DNA of 64,000 bases. Source: the human T2T-CHM13v2.0 reference genome, Homo sapiens. Shown here piece after piece: positions 1 through 12,064 of the stretch. A program made the translations under genes and the position numbers. The stretch lies in assembly GCF_009914755.1 (NCBI RefSeq), contig NC_060936.1. The stretch is one strand, 5' to 3'. Below the pieces are notes generated by a model that made no database searches, was not told the origin of the DNA, and saw only the letters and a program-made list of their open reading frames with translations. The first letter of the stretch is position 1; every line of letters begins with the position of its first letter.

Positions 1-75
1 TTCTGCATTTCTAATGGACTCTCAGGTGGTGCAGCTGCTGCTGTTCAAGAGACTGCACTCGGAGGAGCAGGGTGG
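1..75 (-). mobile_element. MER5-type hAT-Charlie DNA transposon fragment
   Basis: ttctgcatttctaa...caggtggtgcagctgctgctg resembles the MER5A end. Confidence 0.5.
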
Positions 76-296
76 TAGAGAACAGTAGTTGGTGCTTATA
101 TAGTGAATGCTACCATGACTTATGCATGTGAACTGTATAAAGTGGCCCTGGTTAAAGGAACTAGACTTGGAATTCTGTTCTTTTAATTTAGACATTTTTG
201 GTTGTGTTTTGCTTGATAGAAATATGCTTATATTCTCTGTTTTGTTTGGCCAGTAGTGCAACATTAAAAAAACTTTGAAAAAAATTGGTAATTTAT

Positions 297-312
297 ACAC
301 ACACACACACAC
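297..312. repeat. (CA)n microsatellite
   Basis: Direct reading. Confidence 0.9.
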
Positions 313-429
313 AGAAAAGTGCAGATAATAATATTTAATAGTTGCCCCGGGACCCCCCCCCGCCCATTCCCTAAAAAGGACTTCTACTCTGATTTTTATC
401 ATCACAGATTAGGGTTGAAAAACATGGCC

Positions 430-1520
430 TGTAATGATATTGATTTATTTTTTAATTGTTGAGATTTGCTTTATGGTCTAAAGTATGGTCAAGTTTTATA
501 ATACTTCACCATGGGCTTAAGAAGAATATATATTCCCTGACTGTCAGATGAAGCATTCAGTAACTGTCCATTAAATTGAGATTAATTGTACTGTTCAAAT
601 TTTCAGTGTTTTTACTAAAATTTTTCTTGCCCAAGCAATCAGTTATTAAGTATGTTAAAATCATTCTTCTCATGGTAGGTTTGTCTGTTATTCCCTGTAG
701 TTCTGTTAATTTTTGCTTCATAGGTTTCAGATTATTTTATTCTGGCCATATAGATTTAACATTTGTTTATACCTTCTTGGATAATTGAACCCTGAACCTT
801 TCATCATTATTACTCACCACCTTTATCCTTAATAATGCTTTTTGTCTTAAAGCCTTTTTCCTAAAAGTAATATAGGTACCCTGGCTTTATTTTGGTTAGT
901 ATCTGCTTGCTGCATCTTTATAAATATTTTACTTTCAACATTTGTGTCCTTAGGTTTTAGATGTTTCTCTTACAAACAGCATTTAGTTTTTTTTGGTTGT
1001 TGTTTTTAGAAATCCATCTCATAGTCTCTTAAATAGCAAATTTAGACCATTAACATGTATTGTTATTACTACTATATTTGAACTTATTTTTAACCATTTT
1101 ACTTTGTTCTTTCTCTGTATTTTTCCTATGATTTTCCCCCTCATTTATTTCCTTTATCAAAGTTGAACTTTTTTGTTATATTCCTTCTCCCACTGTTCCT
1201 CACCACCCTACCCCATCCTTACCCCTTTGAACACAACTAACTGGTTTGGAAATGTAGTCTATTTCTGCTGTTTTAATAATTGCCCTTGTACTTTTACTTC
1301 AATCTTACTTAACAAATTCTACACCTATTCATTATATTTTGTTTAACTAACTCTAAATTTAATATGTTAACCTCTCCTCCAAACAATACTTTGAGCACCC
1401 AGCTCCTGGCTTGTATTCTATTATTATTTAGTATTTTACTTTTATTCTTTTTTTAAACCCTCCTATATTAGACATTAAAATTATTTTATATTGACAGTAG
1501 AGTTGCCCACATATTTACAA
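430..1520 (-). mobile_element. Old L1M (L1MC/ME-type) fragment, ORF2 5' / inter-ORF region
   Basis: T-rich, with L1-antisense motifs gagatttgctttatgg, tagatgtttctcttacaaacagcat, tttagaccattaacat. Confidence 0.65.
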
Positions 1521-1894
1521 GAATTCCACATTCAGTGGAAAGACATAAATAGGCACTGTGTTTTCTTTTTCGTGGCGGTTAGGATGAAAGGTAAGATAGT
1601 TTAATTGTTGAGATGGGCTTTATTTTCTTTTGTTATAAGATTGTGTTGTTTATGAACACGCCCCCAAATAATTTGAGATAAATAAAATGTGTGTAGTTTT
1701 GTCCACACTTTTTCGCTAAGCAGTCCTCTGAAAACAGTAGATCTTGTTCTGTATGGAGCCTCAATGCTTAGCACATCAGATAACTGACTGTCAAAGATGT
1801 AACACCAGATACAGGAGGAACCTGCCTAACCCAACTTGTGATATTAATCTGTCCTCCTGTCTTTGCCTCTGCTCTCAATTGCTTTTCTAGTGTA

Positions 1895-2105
1895 AGACAA
1901 ACCTGGATTCTGATTCCAGCTTTGTGACTTCCTGTGAGTGTGACTCTGGGCAAGTTCTTTAATTTTTTGAGCCCCTAATTCCTCATCTGCATAATAGAGT
2001 TATACCTTAAAAGAGTTGTTTTGAAGCTTAAATAATGGGTATAAGTGAAATAATAAATGTTCAGCATAGTGCCTGACAAAGAGTGAGTGCTCAGTAACTG
2101 ATGGT
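1895..2105 (+). mobile_element. MIR SINE
   Basis: Core tgtgactctgggcaagtt...cctcatctgcataat and tail agcatagtgcctgaca...tgctcagtaa. Confidence 0.8.
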
Positions 2106-2194
2106 GTCTAATTCCACCACCTTTTCTTTTTCCTAGGTACTTTTACAGAATTTGTATTCTAGGTTTGCCCTGCCATAATTTCCGCACTTCTCTA

Positions 2195-2640
2195 TTTCTT
2201 TAAAAAAGTTATAGTGAACTATAATATACATGTAGACAAGTGAGGAAGAAAAATGTGTAATGTAATATATAATTATAAAATGAATGCCATGTAGCCACCA
2301 CCTCGGTTAAGAAACAGAACACTTCCAGCATCCCCGAACCCACCCCTGCCCCATACTCTTTCATAACGCAAACTCACTTCTTCCCCGTCAGTGGAACCAC
2401 CACGCTGACTTTTGTGCTAATTATTTTGTTGCTTTTCTTTATAGTTTTACCATCCATTATGCAGTAATAAACAATATAATTCAGTTGTGTTTGTTGTTGA
2501 AATTTTTATAAGTGGATTCACAGATATTATTTTCAGTTTGCTCCTTTCATTCCATATTTTGCTTGTGAGACTCATTCATAATATTTTGTGTAGCTTCACT
2601 TTAATTTTCTTTGCTATGTGGGATTCCATCTTATGGATAT
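2195..2640 (-). mobile_element. L1ME-type 3' end
   Basis: tataatatacat...ccatgtagccaccacctcggttaagaaacagaacacttccagcatcccc motif. Confidence 0.7.
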
Positions 2641-2675
2641 CCTGTTTCTTATAAGTATGAAATAAAAATATAGCT

Positions 2676-2749
2676 GGAGGTTGCAGTGAGCTGAGATCAC
2701 ACAATTGCACTCCAGCCTGGGCAATAAAAGCAAGGGCAAAACTCTGTCT

Positions 2750-2780
<31 letters not shown>
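2676..2780 (+). mobile_element. 5'-truncated Alu (right-arm end) with pure A30 tail
   Basis: ggaggttgcagtgagctgagatc...actccagcctgggcaa...actctgtctc followed by A30. Confidence 0.95.
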
Positions 2781-2782
<2 letters not shown>

Positions 2783-2789
2783 TAACACT

Positions 2790-3000
2790 AATTGAACACG
2801 TTCTATGTGGTAGGTCCTGTTATATAAATACTTTCTCATGTATTAAATAATTGAATGCTCATATAATGTTATAATATAGGTGCCTTTATTATTCTCATTT
2901 TACATATGAGGAAACAAAGCCACATAGAGAAGAAATAATGTGTCCAGGGGTTGGAATAGACTGTTTAATCTGGATACTGACTCTAGAACCCACAATGTTC
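2790..3000 (-). mobile_element. MIR SINE
   Basis: attattctcattttacatatgaggaaac core. Confidence 0.75.
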
Positions 3001-3719
3001 ATTAATCTCATTCATAGTCTCAAGTTTTCCCACTAGTTACATGATTTTATCATTTAACTCTAGGTGGTTCTTAAAGGATTAAATGGATATTCAGGCTCTT
3101 CTGTAAAATCTAGCCTTTTTGTTTTAATTCCAGTAGGTAAGAATACCTTCCTTCAGGTCATCACTTTGCACTTGGCAATTGCCACGGCTCTTTGTACTTT
3201 TGCTCTTGGAGTCTTTTCAAAATACTGCCACCAAAATTGTTGCCCTGGTTTTACCATTCAGGCTTGATTCAAATTGCCATAGTTTTGCTGTTCATAGCCT
3301 CTTCCTAGGCATTCATTTCCTAATTCAAGCATTCTGCTTGTTTGTTGATTACTGATTTCTCATTATGCTTTTTCTTCTTCATTCCTTTTCTCCTCCTCAT
3401 TCATAGTCATTTCTGTGCTTATAAATCTCTCTCTCTCTCTCTGATTGTATACATTTTTTGGTGCCATTGACCTGTCCTATGAAAGTCTTCTTCCTTCCAA
3501 AATCTTATAAGTATAGATCAGGATAGAGCCCTAGAGAAGGGTTTAGAAAGAATGAGGAATGACAACTTTAGAGTACTTAGTTTGATATGTTTTAAGTCTG
3601 AATTTTATTGATTCAGCAAATTCCACAAATATATACAGAATTATTTGCTAACTATGGATTTCATGTAGCTGATTTATTTTTTTAAACCGTACCTCCTCCC
3701 CTGCCCCCCAAGAGTGAGA

Positions 3720-3870
3720 TAAGCACTATTGTTACCATTTGCAGGTGGAGGAATCAGTACTTAAGGAAATTAAACAGCTTGGCCATGTTCAAAGAGGTTA
3801 TGTGTAGCAAAGCTGGGCTTCCAACTTAGGTCTTCTGACTCTCATCCCAGTGCTTTCTCTTTGATCACAG
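3720..3870 (-). mobile_element. MIR SINE
   Basis: ccatttgcaggtggaggaa...aggtcttctgactc. Confidence 0.65.
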
Positions 3871-3944
3871 CAACCTCTCTGAAATTAATAGGAAGGAGAA
3901 TTAATTATTTGTTTGTTCCTTCTTTAATTTTGTTCCTTCCTTTT

Positions 3945-4180
3945 TTAAAACCAACGAACATTCATTGAGCATTTACCTTATGCCAGCCACAGCACTAAAC
4001 TCTGGAAATTGCAAATTGGATAACATGTGGGTCTTCCCTGGACAAGCTCATGGTTGAGGAGATGTGTAAACCAGTGTAATCTTGCATGCCCAGTGCTATT
4101 ATTGGAGGTGTGGCTAGCTGTTCAGGAAGCATTCTAGAGATTGGAGATGGTTTGGAGATGTTTCTTAGGGAAAGAGTTGG
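3945..4180 (-). mobile_element. L2 3' end
   Basis: aacattcattgagcatttaccttatgccag. Confidence 0.6.
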
Positions 4181-4744
4181 CCACATACACTTGCTAGAAT
4201 TAGTTTTCCCATATTAAAAATAGTTTTAAAAATATTTCCTAGCATTTACCTTTCTGTTTGTGAATGTGCACTGGCCTCTGAGAGCCACCACTGTTTCTCT
4301 GTCCTCTGGCTTGCCACCTGCTTTTGTCAATACTTCCCAACTGCTTTCAAACCAAGGGCACCTATAGAAAACCCCTTAAAGATGACTCCTATTTCCTGGC
4401 TTCTCTGTCCAGGTACCTGCTGTTCTTTCCTGCTAAGAACATTCACCTACAAAGCCATCTTCTCTGTCAATCCACATTGTGTTCCCATTAAAGTCTGAAT
4501 TGATACGTTTCTAGGCACCTTTTCTCTTTGGATGCATTTGACTAAATCCTAATAATTACTTCTTCCCCTCAGACCTATACTTTCCACCATTATAGATCAG
4601 AATTTTCTTATTGTCACATAATGTTCAAATGTTGCCTTTAGACCAGTGTTGCAACTATTTAATATGACTCTTGTAACCTGTAGTGGTTTATATTAGACAA
4701 AATGTATTTATTGTAATATTTTAAAATCACTTATACCCTATGTT

Positions 4745-6070
4745 AATTTTTTTACAGCAGTTTTAGGTTCATAACAAAATTAAAAGGAAGTTACAGAAGA
4801 GTTCCCAAACCCTCCTGTCCCCACATATACTCCCCTGTTATCAATATCTCCCACTGGAGTGGTGCATTTGTTACAATTGATAAACCTACATCAACACGTC
4901 ATAATCACCCAAAATCCATAGTTTATATTAGGGCTCACTCTTGGTTGTTGGGTAATTTAATAATGACTTGTATCCACCATTGCAGTATCATACAGACTAA
5001 TTTCATTGCCCTAATAATCCTATGTGGTGTTGCTGTTTATTCCTTCCCTCCACTCTGACCCCTGGCAACCACTAATCTTTTTATTGTCTCCATAGTTTTG
5101 CCTTTTCCAGAATGTCACATAGTTGGAATCATAAAGAATTTGGCCTTTTCAGATTCATTTCTTTAACTTAGTATTATGCATTTAAGGTTCCTCCATGTCT
5201 TTTCATGACCTGATAGCTCATTTCATTTTAGTGTTGAATAATATTCCATTGTCTGGATATACCACAGTTTTATTTTCCATTCCTCTATGGAAGGTCATCT
5301 TGGTTGCTTCCAAGTTATGGCAACTATGAATAAAGCTGCTAGGATATGCCACAGTTTTATTTTCCATTCCTCTACGGAAGGACATCTTGGTTACTTCCAA
5401 GTTATAGCAATTATGAATAAAGCTGCTATAAACATCTGTATGTAGGTTTTTGGATGGGCGTAAGTTTTCAGCTTCTTTCAGTAAATACCAAATACCAAGG
5501 GGTGTGATTGCTGGATGGTATGGTAAGAGTATGTTTAGTTTTGTAATAAATTGCCAAACTCTCTTCTAGAATGGCTGTACCATTTTGTATTCTCACCAGC
5601 AATAGAGGTCCTGTTGCCAGCATTTGGTCTTGTCAGTGTTCCAGATTTTGGCCATTCTAATAAATGTGTAGTGGTATTTTATGTTTGTTTTAATTTGCAT
5701 TTCTCTGGTGTCTGACGTGGAGCATCTTTTCATGTGTGTATCTGCCATCTGTATCATCTTTGGTGATGTGTCTGTAAAAGTGATTGGCCCATTTTTTTAA
5801 GTCAGCTTATTTGTTTTCTTATTGTTGTTTTAAGAGTTCTTTGTATACTTTATATAACAATCCTTTATCAGATATGTGTTTTACAAATATTTTCTCCCAG
5901 TTTGTGCCCTGTCTTCTCATTCTGTTTGTATTATCTTTCATAGAGTAGCAGTTTTTAATCCAGTGTATCCATTATTTTTTTCATGGATCTTGTCTTTGGC
6001 GTTATATCTAAAACATCACTGCCATCTAGATGTTTTTCCTATGTTATCTTCTAGGAGTTTTTAAATTTTG
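4745..6070 (-). mobile_element. L1MC1/2-type LINE 3' portion
   Basis: cagttttaggttcataacaaaatt...catttgttacaattgataaacctaca...ttgccttttccagaatgtca...gaataaagctgctataaacat. Confidence 0.85.
5255..5428. repeat. 87-bp tandem duplication inside the L1 (5255-5341 / 5342-5428)
   Basis: Two adjacent copies, 6 mismatches by manual alignment. Confidence 0.95.
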
Positions 6071-6112
6071 TGTTCCTGCAATGTTTCATAAACAATTTCA
6101 AATACTCCTGAT

Positions 6113-6260
6113 CTAGATTTGAGCTCTCTTCTGCCACATGCTGTCAGTGTGACCTTGGGCACGGCACTCAGCCACCTGGATTCTCAGCCTTTCCATCAGA
6201 GATGTAAGGGTGGCACCTACCTCGTGCACGAAATGTTGTGGGTGAAAATGCTGATATGCA
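6113..6260 (+). mobile_element. MIR SINE
   Basis: ctgccacatgctgtcagtgtgaccttgggca. Confidence 0.65.
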
Positions 6261-6374
6261 ATGCACCTGTGAGGCTTTGATTTCTTTTGCCCCCCTCTGC
6301 CTAGAACATTTTCTGTTCACGGTAATGAGGAAATTGATTCCTGTGCTGCACTTTTAGCTTTTGAGGGCATTGCA

Positions 6375-7040
6375 TCTGCCCCTCTCTGTCTCCACTGCCA
6401 CTCCTCCCATGGTTTGACCACCACTATTTCTCGTCAGAATACTGCAGCAGCCTCGCAAATAAGTCCTTCTACTCTCATCTCAGTGTCCTCCAATCTATCC
6501 TGGAAACTGCCACAAAGTGATCTTCCTAAAACAAAAATAGGATCCTGCTTTCTAGGCAGAAGCCAAACTTGTTAACTTGGTTTACAAGACACTTTGCAAC
6601 CTGGCTGCTGCTCATCTCTCCTTCTCTTACTGCATTCAGCTGCTAACCCACGAAGCTGCCTGTGGCCTCTCAGCCTCCAGAGGATGGAGGATGGGGATGA
6701 TAGCTCCCCTGCCTGCATCGTTTCCCTCAATTCATCCACTTTTTGCCCAGTCAGATAGTACTCACCTTTTAGGTTTTCATTAGGATGTTAAATTTCCTCC
6801 AGGAAACCTTACCTGATACTCTTTAGTCTATAGTCTGGGTCAGGCACCCTCTCTCCTGTCTAACTCCCTGCCCCCAACTGCCCAAGCACCCTTCACTCTC
6901 CCATTGTAATAATGATGACATGAAACTGCAATTGCCTGTGTGTAGCTGTCTGGGTTGTTTATTGATATGTTCTAAGTGCCCATCCCAGGGTCTGGCACCT
7001 GGCTCTCCCTAAACGTTGATGGGTGAACCACTGAATGAGT
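6375..7040 (+). mobile_element. L2 fragments
   Basis: ctccactgccact...actgcagcagcctc...agtgatcttcctaaaac; degenerate tail ctgaatgagt. Confidence 0.6.
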
Positions 7041-7163
7041 ATGAGACTACCCGTGTCATAGACAAGGAGAGCTGGTTTATTTACCACCAGTCATATATTT
7101 ACATTGTGGTCATGGTGTCTACTAAGTTATAATTAACCTTCTTGTCTTTTATTTTCTTAACAG

Positions 7164-7247
7164 ACAAAGATGTGAGCAGCGGAAGTTATAACCTTTCCTC
7201 TGCAACGACGGGCAGCTACTACAGTTGTGTCAGCCAGATCACCATAG
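7164..7247 (+). CDS. ANO4: Internal coding exon (84 nt, phase 1-1), peptide (D)KDVSSGSYNLSSATTGSYYSCVSQITI(G); probable upstream exon of a long ANO4 isoform
   Basis: Polypyrimidine tract and acceptor cttgtctttattttcttaacag| upstream, donor ATAG|gtgagc downstream; length is a multiple of 3; CpG-containing unique sequence; open frame continues into the 13244 exon. Gene identity is recalled from the peptide, not searched. Confidence 0.7.
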
Positions 7248-7879
7248 GTGAGCACTAGTGTCATTTTGATTTTTTTAAAAAAATATTATTGCCTGGAAAA
7301 GCTGGAGGTCAAGGGGGTGGCTGGGGAGGAGAGGGAAGAAAATATAAATGCATAGGCATTTATTTTCAGAATCAGAGCAATTGCTTGTGGACTCACTTTT
7401 CTGGATCGCCCTCTTGTGGATTTCTACTGCTTTTGCATGGAATTAGATGGAGGAAATGTCCAGGGAGATAAGAAGTCATCTCTTGTTCCCAGATCTTCAT
7501 CATTTGCTTTAACCCTTTTGTTTTTGTAGCACCTGTACTATTATGCACTTGATAGTACAATCGAATTACTTTTTAAAGATTTATATTAATCTATTTTTAA
7601 AAGAAATAAGTGCAAATTGAAAATGCATGGTAAAAGTCTACTCTTTGCTGTTTGGAGAACATGCTAAGCAAGTGTTAGAGTGCTGCTGAAAATCAAAGTG
7701 AGACTTTCTCCTTGTTATGCTCACTCAACCTTAAACACTGGTTACTTTGGTCGAAAGTAGAAGAGTGAGCCGTGCCATTTTTCTTTTGGTTGAATCCTTC
7801 TTCTCCTTTCCATTTCCTTTCAAAACTTTCTTGATTCTAGAATGTTGGGCAGTGACTTAGAGATCAGAAAAGAAAAGTG

Positions 7880-8100
7880 AAGATAATAGCTACAGCTTAT
7901 GCTTATTTTGCACTTATTGCCTGCCAGCTGCTCTTGACTCCCTGCATACATTATTTTACTTAATCAGAACTCTATGAGCAAGTTACTGTTATTTCTCCAT
8001 TTTACAGATGAGGAAACTTGCGCTTTGCCACCCAGCTAGAAATTAATTACCCAAGATTTCATTCTAGGTCTGTTTGACACTAAATCCTATATACTCTTAA
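7880..8100 (-). mobile_element. MIR SINE
   Basis: ctccattttacagatgaggaaact core. Confidence 0.8.
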
Positions 8101-8109
8101 ACACTATGC

Positions 8110-8775
8110 CGTGGCTTCTCAAACTCCAGCAATGTGGATGCCTATGCAAAGCATTAATGATGAACCTCTAAAATGGATTTAAATTATTTTTATTATGAGG
8201 TTACTTAAGTATGTTCAAACATAGAACTATATATAGACACCTTGCATTCCAAATAGCCATTAAAATTGATTTTGCAGATGAGATTTAAAATTCAGTAACC
8301 CAAATAAAAATACAAATTTACCACACTAATTGAATATGATGTATGTTGTTATTTTGCTGAAATGCAGTCACTGCTTGTAATGCAATGGGGTACTGGCTGC
8401 AGTGATGTTGGTTCTTTGAGTGCAGTACAGTTTTACTGCTAGGTACTTCATGATGACTCTGCATTGCTGCCACCTTTCTGAGTTCAACCCCCTGTGAAAT
8501 CAATGTTAATGCTCACTGATGTGAGGTTATTGAATCTTCATTTGCCATGAATGTACCTCGGCATATCCATCTCTCCCCTTTTCTCATTCATTGTACCAAT
8601 TGGTGCCAAACCTGATAGAAACACAAAAGTAAACCCAGGCATTAAAATTAAGTGGCAGGACTTGGTTCAGAATATGCTTGTATTAATTTTTAAATGATTA
8701 ACTTTTAAATGAGAAACAAAGATAGTTTAAAAATTCTCGTGGAGAGCTCGCAGACCCTGGTTTGAAAACACTGAG
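8110..8775. mobile_element. Possible hAT-Charlie DNA transposon relic
   Basis: Charlie-like termini gtggcttctcaaact ... gtttgaaaacactg; interior not recognised. Confidence 0.35.
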
Positions 8776-8849
8776 CAACCTAAAATGCCATTCCCAGAGA
8801 CATCAGTGAGACATTAAACATTAGCTAAGTAGTAGGAGGACATTTAGGG

Positions 8850-9620
8850 TTCACAGTAGGGGGGTGACAAGACAAATGTATGGATGAGAGAAGATTATTA
8901 TGGTGGTGAACAGGATGGAGTTCCTATGGGAGAATCTGGTGTTGTAACAGAGTTAGTGGCTGTGACTGTGGTCTTGACATGAGACAGAAATCAACTAGGG
9001 AGGTGGGATGAAGAGGCGGGTCTAGGGGGAGAGGGATGGAATTGCTGGCAGGACTAGTCATTGGCTGGATATGGGGATAGTAAGTGTTCCCTGAGATTTT
9101 GCATCAGGGTGACAGAGTCTGAGCTGTTCCCAGGAATGTGGAAGTCAGGAAGAGGGAGGATGTGATGGTGATAGGTTAGATGTGTTGATTTGATGTGCCC
9201 GTGAGACTTCTCACGTCAGAATGCCTCACGGAAAATTAGAAATATGGAGAACATGTTCAGGAGATGAAGATATTGGCACTATCTGCACAGAGAGTTCAGT
9301 CAAATCTTTGGAAGAAGATGAGATAATAAGAGTGAGAATTAGTACGTTGTGTGTGTTTGGAGGACCAAGGACCAATCTTTGGGGGAAGCACGGTGAGGGT
9401 AGAAATAATGACAGAGGTAGGAGAACCAAGCAAGCACCTTTCTTGGAAAGCCCAGAGAATTTCTAGGACAGACTGAGGAGGTTGAAAATTAAAGTCTGCC
9501 TTGGTGACATCGTGAGAGCCACGTGAGTGGGTGGCGGGATGGGAGCCACGTTGCAGAGCTCTGAAAAGGGAGAGGAGGGCTGTGAGTAGAGAATTCTCTT
9601 TTAAGGTGCTTTTTTCAATG
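8850..9620 (-). mobile_element. Degenerate L2 fragments
   Basis: Purine-rich, with atgtgttgatttgatgtgcccgtgagac and ttggtgacatcgtgagagc motifs. Confidence 0.5.
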
Positions 9621-9654
9621 AAAATGGAGGGGTAGATAGTGTGAGGATGATTCA

Positions 9655-9890
9655 GTAGCTAACAAACACTTTGGGGAGCTTTCTTTTTGCCAAGCACTGT
9701 GTTCTAACTACTTTTTCTGTATTTACTCATTTAATCCTCAAAAAGATCCTGAGGTAAACAGTGATATTTTCCCCCATTTTATAAATGAGGAGATGGAGTC
9801 CCTGAGAGGGTAAAGAATTGCCTGAGGACATATGAGAGTAAGAGCTGCAATTTGAGCCCAGGTCATTGGGCTCCTATTGGATGACACTCT
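9655..9890 (-). mobile_element. MIR SINE
   Basis: tgccaagcactgtg...ctcatttaatcctca...cccattttataaatgaggaga. Confidence 0.8.
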
Positions 9891-9964
9891 TGTTACCTGA
9901 CATCTTGCAGACTTGGGCCAAGTGGCCTTCCCTGGTCCAGTCAGCTTTAGCTACCATGTCAGGG

Positions 9965-10417
9965 TGTTGGGTTGAAATGTATCCCCCAAAAAGGTACTTT
10001 GAAGTTCGAATCCCCAGTACCTGTGATTGTGACTGTATTTGGAAATAGGGTCTTTGCAGGTGTAGTTAAGTTAAGATGAGGTCATCTGGACTAGGGTGGG
10101 CCCTACTCCAATGTGACTAGTGTCCTTATAAGAAGGGAAGAGACACAGAGACCATACAGAGAGAGCTGTGTGATGGCAGAGGCAGAGATATGAGTGATGC
10201 ATCTCCAAGCCAAGGAATACCCTGGGATTTCTGGCAACACCAGAAGCCTGGAGAGAGGCATGGAACAGATTCTCCTCTAGAGCCTTCAGAGATAGCACAG
10301 CCCTGCTGACACCTTATTTTGGACTCGCAGCCCCCAGAACCATGAGAGAATAAATTTCTGTTGTTTTAAGCCACCCAGTTTGTGGTACTTTGTCACAGCA
10401 GCCCTAGAAAACTAACC
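9965..10417 (+). mobile_element. MaLR solo LTR, MLT1C-like
   Basis: tatttggaaatagggtctttgcag...aataaatttctgttgttttaagccacccagtttgtggtactttgtcacagcagccctag. Confidence 0.9.
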
Positions 10418-10489
10418 TCTGAAGGGGAGGTAGGTATGACAGATGCTTAATCTTCCCAGAAGGTGCCAGTGTAACAAGAAGGCTCTTGA

Positions 10490-11055
10490 ATACTGCTTCA
10501 GTTCCCTGGCTCAAATTGGCTGAAACGATAGGAAATTTATTATTTCACATAACAGGGACACCAGAGGCAGGCCCGTCTTTAGGATGGGTTGATTAGGCTG
10601 CTCAGTGACATTGTGAAAGGCCTTCTCCCCTGTGCCTTCCTCTCTCAATTTATCTTCATGGTGGCAGCCACATGGCTGCAGGGTTTCAGGAATTGCATTC
10701 AGACCTGACAATGATCACAGGGTAAGAAGTTTTGGTGCCCTCCTCAGGCCATTGCTCTAGGAGCTGAGAAACTTTCCCCTGCAGCTCCTTGACAGACTCC
10801 TCCTATCTCACTAGGCAGGTCTGCGTCCCAAGACCCCATCCTTGAGCCAATCATTGACAAGGGAGATGGCATTATCTTTGGCCCTATCAGGCCCACCTGA
10901 GGCTTTTGGACAGGGATGAGGATGGGAAGGAGCCTTGTGTCCTGGGTCACAAGGCTGTGTGGGGTGGGACAGATTCCCAAATGAAGTCGTGGCTCTGTTG
11001 GGAGGGAGGAGGGGAATGATTCTGCATAGGCAATGGGCAATATCCACTGCTCACA
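10490..11055 (-). mobile_element. MaLR LTR, MLT1K/J-like
   Basis: ggaaatttattatttcacataac...atggctgcag...gagccaatcattgacaaggg. Confidence 0.7.
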
Positions 11056-12064
11056 GTCTGTCCAGTGCAAAGCACTTTTGCAATATTTATAGTAAGAACA
11101 AAAATACTTTACAACCTTAGACTCAAAGCACTAGAGGGAGGACAGATCTATGGATCATCCAAGAGGTGTTTTCTAAAATCTCCTTTGTTTTCTTTCATTT
11201 CTTGTACTTCAGTCCTTCTCTTACAGAATAGTCATCTCACACAGAAGTGTCACATTTGTGAGGGTGTTCCATTTAGGAAAATAGCATATGTGTGGATTTC
11301 CTAGTAATGTGGTTCCTAGATGAACCTATGTCTTGCCCAAAGCAGGGGGGTCAAAAAATCCAGGGAACAGAAGAAAGACTCCTCCTAAAACTATTCTGTT
11401 TATCCATGAGATACTCGATTAGCTCCTTATTTTCTAGATAAATTCCCATTTTAGCCATGTATGAGAGATTTAAGAACCACATAGTTAACATTATTTTTTC
11501 TCAAGACAGCTTACAATTTGGGGTGTTCTTTCTCTTTCTTCACAATTTTGGGTTCAGTGGGAATTGAGACCCCTATTCCTGCCTCCCTCCCCAAGAGGGG
11601 ACATGATGGTGGGTGAGGGAGGATGAGCAGGCTATCAATGCTGCCAATGTGACATTTCTATTCTTTGCCCCGTGGGTATCAGCTGTTCTCTTGGATGGTT
11701 GTCTCTTCAAAATACTGTGGCTTCATTGTTGCTTTTAAATTGAGACTCATCTATTTATATTCCATCATAATTATGCAGATCTTGTCATAGCTCGTTTATA
11801 TCAATAATGCAGATTAAAATATTTGCTAATGAACTCCATTTTCAGAGTAAATGATGTAGAAATTTCCTAAACAAAAAAGACTTGTTAGCTGTGTGAACTA
11901 TATTTTTTCAAAATTAAATATATGCTATAAATTAGCTATAATTTTATATAAGAAATGCTAAAACCTGAAATCTTAGAGAGTCCAGAGTTCCTTAGAGACT
12001 TTTTATTTTTTTGGAAAAAGAACATATATTTATTTATTAAGTGTTTATGATGAATCAGATACTA

